The notes beneath the pieces were generated by a model. The model had not been told where the DNA came from. It searched no databases and saw only the letters and a program-made list of their open reading frames with translations. Shown here piece after piece: positions 11,718 to 24,124 of a stretch of DNA of 39,729 nt (position 1 is the stretch's first letter; every line of letters starts with the position of its first letter). Source of the DNA: Seison nebaliae (lineage: Eukaryota); contig JALJEE010000834.1 in assembly GCA_023231475.1 (NCBI GenBank), forward strand, positions 1-39,729. Direction: 5' to 3'. Made by a program: the position numbers and the translations under genes.

Positions 11718-13305
11718 ATGGGAAATTTTCATAGTTCTACCACCCATCATCGTGACAAGGAGCAGGTTACGCGCAATGATCGGAAGAGGCGAAAGAAGGC
11801 GAATAAGAAGACTCCACTCCAATCTTCAGGTCTTCGTCGCACATCCACTACGAGGGAGAAGAAAACCTCTCATCGATTAATTGATCGAACGAAATATCTG
11901 CACAAAAGTCGTGACGATTTATTTTTGGATGATATGAAAGAGAATCACCTCAACAAATCCCAAGAGAATTATGATGATAATAAAAGTGTCAACTCAATAT
12001 ATCAATCCAGACCAGCGTTAACTAAATCTGCCATATATCCCAACGATTTCTCTTCACTCCCTCGACATTTTCAAATGCCATCAACATATATGCCTAATTC
12101 GATGTGCATAGCTAATTCTATATCTGCATCCACATTTAATGAATATGGAACATCATCATCTTCTTCTTCTTCTTCTTCTTCATCTTCATCTTCATCTACG
12201 TCATCATATGGTGCAGGATCTGATTGTTCAAATCATTCGATTAAGTCCAATGTTCCTCCTACTCCACCCGTCAGAATTGCCTCAATTCGTCGTTCAGAAA
12301 CTCTTCAACATTTTTCTTTTGACAATTCTTTATCGATTAATCTACCACAATCCGCTCAATCAACATGTCTCCGTCAACGACCGTCGTCAATGGTGGTGGT
12401 AGTTGAGAAATTAAATTCATTCACTTCCCCATCTTCATCAGTACGACCTCTTGTTTCAGGTGGTCGTCAATCGTTCATGAATAATTTCATGAATGATGTC
12501 CATCCATCATCAGAGAAGATCATATCGAATGTTTTCCACAATTCTTCCTTCTCTCGAATTATCATTCAAACATTCCATCGATATCTTCTCCATTTCTGGA
12601 ACTTGAATGAACCGACAATATTCGCACCCACACCACCACCATCCAAAGCAGCAGACAACAACAAAATTAAATGTACGAAACGGAAATTGTTTCGCAAATC
12701 GGCCACTTTCGACAATTCACAAACATTAGACAAATTGGTGACGAATGAGGAGAAGAATGAGAAGAATATTTATCATCATTTAGCCACGACAATACCCTCG
12801 CCCGTCTTGTTGGCTCACAATGAAATTTTATCTAAATTTATAAAAATTTTCTACGAAACCATTTCACGTGATGGAATTAATTTATCTCATTTCCCTTATT
12901 CGAAGAGGAATGGTGCATCTGGAATTAAATCGACATTTATCGACAATTATTCGGTGGAATTGATTTCCCAATTGAAAGAAATGTTGAGTTTCATTCTGAA
13001 GATTTTGAGAACTCTCAAGAAATCATCTCAAATGAAATTGGTGAATGAATTACATTCGAAAGATATTTTGGATATGAATTATTTGAGTCAGAAAGAATTA
13101 AAAAGTTACATGTCCATTCTTCTCATTATCATTTTCGAGCGACTCCGAGAAATCTCTCTCATCATACAACAACGTCCTGTATTAAGTGTTAGTCTTCTTC
13201 TACCGTTCATCATCATTATCATCTCATTAATCTCAATTTATTTTTCAGATATTAGAAGATGTAGAGAATGCATTCAATATATATTCTATTTTAATCGATA
13301 TCTGA
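11718..13305 (+). CDS. Uncharacterised protein, about 508 aa; exons 11718-13187 and 13249-13305
   Basis: Long ORF with MGNFHS N-terminus, a basic stretch, a Ser/Pro-rich middle and a helical C-terminus. A GTTAGT...TTTTTCAG intron (13188-13248, 61 nt) replaces the intron-like hydrophobic tail of the track ORF with ILEDVENAFNIYSILIDI*. Family not recognised. Confidence 0.75.
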
Positions 13306-13496
13306 ACATCATTTAATCCCCATTTGTTTCTTGCAAAAAAATGTATTTCTTATTAAAATTTTTTTTCGCGATCTTTTTTCTATCCATCACTATTTCTCTT
13401 CTTTTATACACATTCTCTCTCTCACATCACTTTCTTAACAACATGAACGATTTTTAAGATGATGATATAATATAGAAAATTAAAATTTTCTTTATT

Positions 13497-13514
13497 ATAT
13501 ATATATATATATAT
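13497..13514. repeat. (TA)n microsatellite
   Basis: Run of TA dinucleotides read directly. Confidence 0.8.
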
Positions 13515-14031
13515 GAGTCCGACGGACGAATCATGTCAAAAATGGTTTAATACAGTTAGAAAATAAAAACGGAGAAGCGATAAAAAAGAAGTGGAAAATA
13601 TGCAGGAATAATAACTTCTCTACCACAAAAAACTGTTTCTCCTTTTGACGGAAGAAAGAGATTCCTGATAAATTCCTGAATAAATTGTGAAAAGAAAACT
13701 AAATCATTTTTGTTTGTTTGTTCTTCAAAATTATTTGAGGAGAGAGAGAAAGAGAGAGAAAGAGATAGTGGATGAGAGAAATGTGAACAACGACCGTCCA
13801 AATTACGTCGTTAAATGATTAATAATAAGTTGTGCACAGGTTTCGCTCAAGAGAAAAGAATAAAATAAATTTTCGGCAATTCATAACAAAAAGAAAACTT
13901 GTTTAAAATAAAAAGAAAAAGTTGTTTAAATAAAACGAGAAACATAAAAATAATAATTAGAATCGATAAAATTCATTATTCAATAATTCCGAATATCGAT
14001 TAAATAAGTTTGATCTTACTTTTCTATTTGA

Positions 14032-14949
14032 TTAATCCTTCTTCAAGATCTTCTTCTTCTCTTCCGCTTTCTTACTGCGATAAGCGTGTATGTAGAAATT
14101 GGAGAATAAAGTGAATAAGATGAGACAATAGATGGAGAGTAGCCATAATCCCCATTTTGGATAATTGCAACCGGTGACGAGAGCGTGTGTTGTATGACAG
14201 AAAGTGAGGACGAATTGGATGAGTTGAGCTTTCGTGATATATTTCTTCCACCACAAATGCTTCCTCATTGACGGGATGGAGGACAATGCATAATATGAAT
14301 ACATGATGACATGAATGAATGAATTGATCATAGCACCGAACGACGATTGTCCACTAGGAATCCATGTCATAACACACCACCAGATGAGGAACATAGAGTA
14401 ATGATGGAAGTAGTGGAGGAATGTAATTTGGTTTTCCTTCTTTCTCACTACCATCAGAATGGTGTCCATGAATTCGATGAGTTTCGAGAAGAAATACCAC
14501 CATAATACATTAACCATTCGTTGTTCTCCTGGTGTGGAGACTCTATTTAACGGTTGACATAACCAATTGTAATCGGCCGCCCATGCCGATAGACCAATTT
14601 CAACAAACATGTAAAGTGAAAGCATCGTTAATGCACCGTTATACAGTACAAGTAATGGTTTGGGCACGTTCAACGGTTGACATTTCCTCATCAATTTCGG
14701 ACCATAGAACGTGATGATCAAGTAGAGTGTAGAGAGGATGATTGTCCATGTTGGATCTTTTTTCAATAGGAGGAAATTATCTGTCCGATAGTCACTGTCG
14801 TCTATCCACTCTTGCCATTTCTCATGTCCTTCATAATAGATGCGGGAGACCTGACTAATGTTGTAACGTTCGGCGAACGATTCGACTTTCTCGTTGGGGA
14901 TCGACGCCTTCAACGACAAGTCATCGTGCAATACGTGCGCTTTATCCAT
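14032..14949 (-). CDS. ELOVL5: Fatty acid elongase, Elovl2/5 type, 305 aa
   Basis: VLWWYFFSKLIEFMDT, ITFLHYFHH (HxxHH box), NSFIHVIMYSYY and SSIPSMRKHLWWKKYITKAQLIQFVLT closely follow ELOVL5/ELOVL2 motifs; Lys-rich C-terminus. The Elovl2/5 versus Elovl4 assignment is from motif recall only. Confidence 0.93.
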   Translation of the reverse strand: MDKAHVLHDDLSLKASIPNEKVESFAERYNISQVSRIYYEGHEKWQEWIDDSDYRTDNFLLLKKDPTWTIILSTLYLIITFYGPKLMRKCQPLNVPKPLLVLYNGALTMLSLYMFVEIGLSAWAADYNWLCQPLNRVSTPGEQRMVNVLWWYFFSKLIEFMDTILMVVRKKENQITFLHYFHHYSMFLIWWCVMTWIPSGQSSFGAMINSFIHVIMYSYYALSSIPSMRKHLWWKKYITKAQLIQFVLTFCHTTHALVTGCNYPKWGLWLLSIYCLILFTLFSNFYIHAYRSKKAEEKKKILKKD

Positions 14950-16043
14950 CGTGTGCCGATATGAGTTAGGAAACGATCGAATGAAAAATGAGAAATCTGA
15001 AAATGAAAATAATGATTAATAATGTCAAGAGAAGTTGTAAGGAGAAAAAGTTTTAAGAAAGAAAAAAAAATGACATAATTAAATGGTAAACTAAGATCCG
15101 AACGATATTCTATGGAATCTTGAATGAATTCTGACGTTTTATATTATATCATTCGATATATTTCAAACGTGATTGGACCATCACAATAAGTCGACGAAAT
15201 AATAGACTGTGTAGTAAAATCATTTTTAAATTGAAAGCTTCTCCTCCTCACTCAAATTTGACAGTTGACCTTTTGCAATTTCTTCCTACTTGCTACGGAT
15301 ATGAATCATTGCATTAACCTTATACACGCACACACAGACACACATGTCACATAATAAACACACGTGTGGTTAATTCGCATGTAGACCCTCCTTCGAAAGT
15401 CTGTCTGTCTTCATCCTCTTTGAACAATGAACTAGTATAATGAACGTGCATAAGTATAATTCAATGCCTTTCTGTATTATGTATATAATTGCTACATACA
15501 TCTGTGTATATAAATAGACAATCAAATGATGATTCATTACTAATTTCTCTCATCAATCACTACATAATTCAACATTTAATCTAATGTTTGTTTTAGCTGA
15601 ATTTCCATCTTATCTCTCCTTCAACTGCTACTCATCATTTTACCCTGATTAATTTCCAATTTTACCAAATTTTCAAAAATCATTTTTCTCTCATTATTTT
15701 CAGATAAAAGTTCCACTTGTAAATTTCTCAATATTCTATCTCATCTCCAAACAGTAGCAAATTTACTATATTCTTCTATTCGACCATTTGTCCATAACGG
15801 TAAATAAATTGATTTGTCATTTACCAAATTAATTCTCCATTATTTTTTACCGATAAACATGAAAGATATGGTAAAGCAAAAAAAAATACTGTTCAATTTC
15901 GCGTAAGAAAAGATAGTTATGGAATGTTGATCTGCCAATGGAATGGTCTTATCTCTCGTTAATAATGATTAGATGATTACAGATGAGAGATAAAGATGAT
16001 GAGGTTAGATGGATGAATGATATGTTTGCAGGAATAAAAGTGT

Positions 16044-16643
16044 TCAGTCCACTCGAGTGTCGAGAAAGAAGAAAACAACGGAAATCAGTCCAGTAAATAA
16101 TGAGATTGTTGCGATAATGTAGCTGTAGCCGATTACAGTATCCGTATCATTGATAGATAATCCTTTTCCACCGAATCCCATAGTAAATACTGTGATTGTC
16201 ATTCCGATAACTGCAAATTAAATTAGAGTTCGATCTCATGAAACAGAATTATAAATCTCACCTGAAACAAATGTTAACCACGCCAATAATGACGAGAAAA
16301 CGCTACGCTTCGCATACCAATAGCAGAAAAGTCCAACAAATGCCAAAAGGATTGAAATGAATTGTACGATGACGGATATGGTGAAGAAGAATTGGGATGC
16401 GATAAGATAATCGGGAGCGTCTGGTTTCCCAATATTGGCTTTACAAATATCATCGATACCAAACGCCCAATTGATTCTTTTGCAACTGTACCATAGCCCA
16501 TCATGGAGGAACGTTTTCGCTAAAGATAAATCTTCTTTATTCCAATAATTTGTACTGAGTGCAACAACTGCCAAACAGAATGTTGTTATTAAGAAAACCA
16601 GACCGATAATATAGAATTTGCTCGGTTGCGCTAATTTCACCAT
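16044..16643 (-). CDS. Claudin/PMP22/EMP-superfamily four-TM protein, 182 aa; exons 16643-16262 and 16210-16044
   Basis: TM1, then W..GLWYSC..C extracellular signature. A 51-nt GTGAGA...TTGCAG intron (16261-16211) continues in frame to supply the rest of TM3 and TM4 (IGYSYIIATISLFTGLISVVFFFLDTRVD*). Confidence 0.88.
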
Positions 16644-19600
16644 TATTCTGATAGAATAAACTTGTGATATCTCGATTGAATAATGTCAGAACAAATGAGG
16701 AAATGTCATAAAACGATTGAAGACATAGAGGGAAATGTTTCTTGTTGCCAACGAAATGAGGTCAGATGGGATATAATAACAGGAGAAATTAAAAGTGGGT
16801 CACATAATGAATTGGATGCGGAAGTTTTCAACAATTCTCTTCTCATCAATTCTCAGTGATGATCGCACGAATGTTATTTTCAGAATTTAAGCTTTTCAGC
16901 CACTACAATTTTTCAGATGAGATACTTATCGACTCCATTGTTACTATAATAACTGAAATTATGTTATTAATCAAATGAAGAACAAAAGATATTTCTCATA
17001 AAAATTGGAATGATAATTCAAAAAAGAGACTATACTATTATGTATATATATTATGAGAATATAACTGAGTTCAATAAATAATTTAGAATTATATAATTTA
17101 ATCAACAATTCTAACTAATCAATATTAATAATTTCATAAATTTATATATTTGTTTCAATCGGAAACATTTTAGACATTGTTATTATAAATTTAAACATAT
17201 GCTTGTACGATGTAAACTTACATTACTTTATAAATCTATGAAACAATTCCATGTTCTTAATAAGTACTGTAAGTTATTTGCATGATAGATATCTTCTCTT
17301 ATTGCACCACATAATTAATTTGTTTTATTATCAATATATTGAATCGATGTCGAAATATATTTTAAGAAGATGATATTGTGGTGATTATAATCAACTGGAA
17401 GAATGTGGAAAATAACCTTCAATTGTCTTGGTTGGAGAAAAATTTAAACTTGACATGAAAATGATTCGAAGTTTAAATTGTTGACGAATAATCAATTGAA
17501 TGGAACCGATATTCCAAAGTTTGAATATAAATGTAATGTCAGTAAATTTCTTGCTTGTTATGCTATGCTTGATTGCAGAAAAAAGAGTTCTGCAACGGTG
17601 TATTGTAATTCCTAATTCCTCAAAGTGGCAATAATGACTCTAGCGACGAGAACTCCTATCGTTTAATATTGTTGGTTAAATGATAACTTTCTCTACTGGA
17701 ATGGATACTTATAATGAGGACTTACATTGTTAGGAATTTTCTAGTCCATCTTTTAAAGATCTATCATGCTCATCATTATATTTCTTATATGTATAGAATC
17801 TATACATATGATTCTCTCTCGAAGCCTACATGGCTATATAATGCACGAAAATTGGGAGATTAATTCTCCATCGCATTCTCCATCATTGGGATTTCATATG
17901 GTTCATGACAATCCCAAAAATAAAGGTCGAATCATCCATATCAATATATATCGATACATCATTTCATATTGGAAGATCCGGAAAGGAAATGTAGAAACAT
18001 TCATAAAGAGTTTCGAAATCGAAAACCAAACCAAATTATTAAAAAATCATGATGATATAATATATTGTAGGAAAAGAATGACAGACAATTCGGAGACTTC
18101 TTAATACCTAAACCTAATACCTAAAACACACTATCTATATTCTATACTGTATCTATGTAGTATAGTATCCTATATCTATATATAATTAAACGTTGTAACT
18201 AATCGATTATCTGAAATTTCTATAATCTTCAATTCGTTTCAATAAATGGATAAATATTTCAATTTTTCCGAATTTTAGTCTTCCCGTTTTCGTCAATTTG
18301 ATAACTTAAAATCACCTTGAACATTAACGTTGAATCATCAAACCAATATATTTATCGTTTATTTAATCAAATCGTTTAACTTGATCCATATTTTCTTAAC
18401 GAATATTTTACACCATTTTCAACAAACTTTTATATTAACAAGATGAATAACATTAAATCGATGATGAAAATAATAATAAATTTGTGTTTCAAGTAGAAAG
18501 TGAAAAAAACCGAAGTCCTTGAACGCATCAATAATTATAATTCATCAATAACTGACCTAAATTGAATCAACTTATACAAAGTAATCATTCATTTACAATT
18601 TATTGTGTAAAACATAATAAGCATAATAATATGAATTTCAATTTAGAATTGGTCTGTATAGTCTCTCATAACTATCTTCCCGCTTATTTGAAACATGAAC
18701 ATCAAAATTTCGAAGAGTCTAATATCGAATGCTCTCCTTGGAAGTGGAAACCACTTTTCAAAATGATCATATATATTATATAACAATCTCTCAATTCGAA
18801 TGATCAGAAAAATAGTTCTAGGTTTAATAATTGCTAATTTTAATCTTATGAACAATCATCCAACCACAACTTTCTTTTATTCGCTCATTAATTCTGAACT
18901 TGTAAATATTATTATCTTACTTTAAAAAGAATTTGGTTTTGATTTTTATCTGATTAACCATACGTACCAGTAGATTTGATACACAACTAATAACTCGCAC
19001 CATTTCCATCCAAGTCTTCTTCATTTAACATTTTATCTGGCCCAGTGAACGATCTGGATGATGTTCTCATCATATTTTTGGAGTTTCTTGAAGAAATTAT
19101 AAACCACTTCATTCTACTGTTTCCTTTTAGTGCACTCCTCGACCTCGGATAACACATTGATCATGTGTTTTGCTCAATCTGCCACTTATACCATCTGCTA
19201 CTTCATCCTCTTATTTCATTATTAACCAACTTCTTTCACATGTCAAAAAACCAGTTAATAAATGATAAACTTTTCAAATAAAAAAATTAACAACAGGAAA
19301 GAATAATATTTTAATAATGATATAAATAGTGCCGTAAAATACGAAAATTAATTATACGTCAGTTTACACCAATTTCTCGTCATTATCTTCCATTTAAGTT
19401 AACAGAGTTATTTTTCTAATACATCCAGTGCATGACAACAGAATTGCTTGACAAATCTTCTAATAGATTATTTTTCAGAACTTCTTCAAAAAATCCCGTT
19501 GGGATAATTCATAAATATCATTTCACCCATATATTATATGAATAATTTTTCTAAGTGCTTTTAATCTTAGGAAGAGACGACAAAACGACAAAACATTAGA

Positions 19601-22534
19601 GACATCATTTGAATATCATTAACCGATTAGAAAGAAGAAACACTATAATATAATATATATAATCTTTATCAAAAAAAAATATTTTACACAAAATCTGGAT
19701 CAATTACATTCTATCCACCGTTAATCATTACATTAGCTATTGAAACTTAATTACATGTTTAACGGTTATGTGTCATTATTATCGTTAAAAAACTAACAAT
19801 TCCTTCTGTAATTCTGAAAGAACTATCTTCAAAAGTAACTGTATATTTTCCATATAACTTTTTAATTTGTTTAGAATGTTTCATTAATTCTCTTATCATT
19901 TCCTCAATGTTAATAATTCCGAAATCGATATTAGAACAGCTCTAATTCTATGATAGCTGATATGATTAAGTAGACAGAGAGGAGACCAGTCCATCAACGA
20001 ATTTATATTCTATAAATACTTATTTCTATTGAAAAATTATTGAAAATTTACAACACGTAATTCCCAGGTTTTTTACGTTGCCATTTTGGCAACGTATGAA
20101 TGGCGATTAATAAGATTCATTCTCATCAGACGTATGATTTTTTTTGCAATTGAAACACAATTTACGACAAAATCATCAATTTCGTATTACAATGAAGCTA
20201 ATTGTTGTGCTGCGAAGAAAACAGTGTGAATTATGAAGCAAATGACGTTATAATAGGAAATTTCATGAAAATTTTTCCATAATCGTAAAACTGAATTTGG
20301 GGGATAGTCGGTTTAGGGAATGGAGAAGTTTTTTTTATCATTTTTTCCTAAAAAGGGCGAGGAAAACGCCTATAATTGTATCAATCAGAAAGAAGGTAAT
20401 ATTAAGTTAGATAGTCGTATAAAAAATTACGATAATTTACATTTAAATACGAAACATTCGTATTTCTCGAATCGTATGGGACATTCATCAATTACAGTTT
20501 TCAGGAAATTCTCTTTCTTTCTCAATGTCTATACTCTCGACAGATATTATATCTGCCTTCTAATATAGGAACAAAAGAAAATTTTCGTAATTCTACACAT
20601 TATTTAAATGAGTCATAGTTGTTGTTAGATCGCTCTTATTATCAATGTAAATATATCGAATATGTTTATGCGATATTTTTTTTCTTTTCTCGAAAAATTT
20701 CTCGATTACATATTACTTCGACTTCTGCTCGATTTCAAATTTTACCTTATTTCCGCCTTAATTTGAGAACAGTTAAGGAATGATCGATTGGAGGACAGAT
20801 CGTATTTATGTAAACAAATTTTAAAGCAGACATTTCAGAACAGAAAATTAAGACAGTTTTAAACCTAACATTAACTTTTCCGACAGTTACCAGTCTTATT
20901 TCATGGCCTTAATCTTACAATGAAATTCAGATGAAATGGGGGTAATCTTCTATTAAAGCCGAACCACATAAAGTTGGTAATACTTAATTCCACATTCTTT
21001 AGATTTGCCATCCAAAAAACTGACGATTCTTCAACTCCTCCTGATTTGTCTATTCTATTCTGGGAAATCTGTTTCGTATTGATCATTTATGTATCCAGAT
21101 AATATGCCGTCAATTCTTCATTTCTTTATTGAATATTCTGTTCGTGCAATTTTTTCAAACAATTTGAAATTTGAGAACTATCTGAGAAATAAAAAAAATT
21201 AATTAAGAACTTTTCTAATTGTCGATTTATAACTGGTATTCACAATCATTTTATTCAGGATTACAATCTGTCCGGTTACCAACTGATCATCTTGATAATC
21301 GTCGAATATGAAAGGAAAGACAGTCGTTATCTGATTTTACGACCTAAATGTCCGTTTCCTTTATTTACATTATCTATGTAGGTTTCTCTGTTTATTTACT
21401 AGTTTTCAAAAAAAAGATAATTCGTCCACATATTACATTATTATTGAACAGCGTCTTTTTTTATTTTCTCACAACTCAAATCTGACACGTGAAAAAAACA
21501 TTAAACATATTTAATGATCGTCAATATTAATGATTCTGGAAACACCTTGCGAAACCAATATATTCTTCTTCCAATGACAAATAAGAATGAAGTAAAATTC
21601 CTTTAGTTAACCAACAAATGATTTTAATACAATATAATTATAATAATAATTTACTTTATGAAAATAATCTTCAAACGTAGTCTGATCACGCAAATTATGA
21701 GATTCTGTTAATTATTTCTAATCATATATGATTTTACGTATTAATTCTGTTGGTGGAGTAACGAATGTTTTAAATAAAATTTTAACAGAAAAATTATGAT
21801 TCATTTCTTTCGGAAGTCTACGTCATTTATACATATCATACTGATCGATAGACTTTATGAACAATTTCATACTATTCTTTTGAAACATTCTTCGTTTTTC
21901 ATGTATGACCCAAATGAGATAAAACCATTAGAAGTCGAAGACAAACATTTTTACACTCGTCCCCCCCACCACCTATTCTTCCCACATACTACAAATAATG
22001 AGAGATTCGTTTGCCTTTTTGATATATTTTTTATTATCCAATATTTTGTGTTTTTACGAGAATGAAATGAAAAGAAAGATGAAACAGTTATTATATTTTT
22101 GATGTAAATGACGTCGAAAATTCAAATGAAAAATAGAACAATATTATGTTATTCCTACCTTTTTCTTTCATTTTCTTATTTGAACAACTTGGAATGAAAT
22201 TCTTCTTTAAAAAATTAGGGGAACAATGCATCTGAATAAATTAAAGATTATGAATAATAATGAACGATTTGAAATAAAATGATTTAGGGGATGATTAGCA
22301 AATATTTTTTCTCAAAGAATGGAGAAAAGGTGAGAGATCTCAAAAAACTATTTAAGTCTCGCTTGATGTGAGAAGGAAATTTGTATTATTTTCAGTTTTA
22401 GTATTCAGTTTAATTTTTCTTTCAATTGGTCAATGTTACAGGAACATATCTCGAAAAATATATTTGTGTCCATTCTGTGATATTATTCCTTAGAAGATAG
22501 ATTTAAAAGTTTGATTCCACAATTCTCCAGAAGA

Positions 22535-23745
22535 ATGGGGGGAACGATAACAAAAACGAATTTCGAATGGACTTACACAGGTGAGCCGCATGAAACCAGA
22601 AGAAAAGTAATGCTAGCGAAATATCCTCAAATAAAGAAATTATTTGGACCCGATCCCATCATAGTTCTACCGGTTAGTTAACTTTTCCATTTATTTAAGC
22701 TATATACTACTATTTTGATAAGATTACATTTAGTGTGGTCGTTCAAACACTTATCAGTTATTGGATGTACAAATATGATGTGTCTTGGATATATCTGACA
22801 TTCGTCGCTTGGATTGTTGGTGGTACATTTAATAATTCGTTGCAATTAGTCCTACACGAACTTTCACACAATTTAGCGTTCGGTAATCAAAGATTATGGG
22901 CCAATCGTTTTTTAAGTTTCTTCGCCAACCTTCCACTGGGCGTACCTGCTGCCTCAACATTCAAAAAATATCATATCGATCATCATCGGTTCGTTAGTTT
23001 TTCTTCTCTCATAAATAATTAAAAGGAATTAATTTCCAGTTATTTAGGTTTCGATGGATTAGATGTTGATGTACCATCTGATTTTGAATGTTTATTCTTT
23101 CATTATGAATTCACCAAACTCTTCTGGTTATTATTGCAACCATTGTTTTATGCGTTGCGTCCGATGTTCGTCAATCCCCAAATACTCAATCGAGAAGAAA
23201 TTATCAACTGGACAATCCAATTGTCATACGATGTCATCATTCTACAATTATTCGGAGTGAAGGGATTAAGCTATTTAATTTTATCTTCACTTATTGGAAT
23301 GGGTTTCCATCCAATGGCTGGACATTTCATCAGTGAACATTATACGTTTAAAGAAGGCTTCGAAACTTATTCTTATTACGGAATCCTCAATTATTTGGGC
23401 TACAACGTCGGTTACCATAATGAACATCATGATTTCCCTTATATCGCCTGCAGGAAATTGCCACAATTGAAAGCAATCGCTCCCGAATATTATGATCCAC
23501 TTCCTTGTTATACGTCTTGGGTGTTCGTTCTATGGATATTTCTAACGGACAAAACAATCGGACCATGTTCGCGTGTGAAACGACATGCACGGACTGATAA
23601 GAAATTGGATATGGAAACCGTTTTACCTGATATCGAATACAGTTATACTCCAATGTGGAAACTAGTCGCTGAGGATGCTCTCCTCCTATTTCCCAATCAA
23701 TATTATCGTACTAAAAACGGAGAGATTTATAAGAAAGTTTCATAA
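22535..23745 (+). CDS. DEGS1: Sphingolipid delta-4 desaturase/C4-hydroxylase (DEGS/DES1), 369 aa; exons 22535-22672, 22723-22988, 23040-23745
   Basis: N-terminus [41 protein letters not shown]; His boxes [34 protein letters not shown]. Introns 22673-22722 (50 nt) and 22989-23039 (51 nt) restore [19 protein letters not shown] in frame. Confidence 0.96.
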
Positions 23746-24124
23746 GAGATGAAAATCGACGTCTTCAAAAATTCTTGTAAATTTACCAAAAAACAATGAA
23801 ATGATGGATTGGATTAATCTGATTAATAGTTTTTATTTGAAAACGAAATAAAATGTTTTTATAATAAATTCCTTAAATATAAATATTTTTGTGAAAGGAG
23901 AAACAAGAGAAGAGATCATCGTCAATAATGGAATATGTTTTTTTTTTCTTCAATAAATTAAGAAATATGATACGATTATCAATAATCGTCATTCGTTCTC
24001 TATCTGGCGATTGTGGCGATCGAATGAAATGAAATTATTCTAATTTTAAATTCAACGACTTAAACTATATCCTTTTCTTTTCACAGGAAATGAATAAAAA
24101 ACAAAAAAATATCAATAAAATTGA

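Noticed and set aside
13188..13316. Apparent C-terminal transmembrane helix in the 532-aa track ORF
   Set aside because: It is best explained as read-through of a 61-nt GTTAGT...CAG intron.
14032..23745. Elovl and DEGS as a lipid-metabolism gene cluster
   Set aside because: They are about 7.6 kb apart with an unrelated gene between them, and a PUFA-type elongase is not specifically tied to ceramide desaturation. Proximity is plausibly chance.
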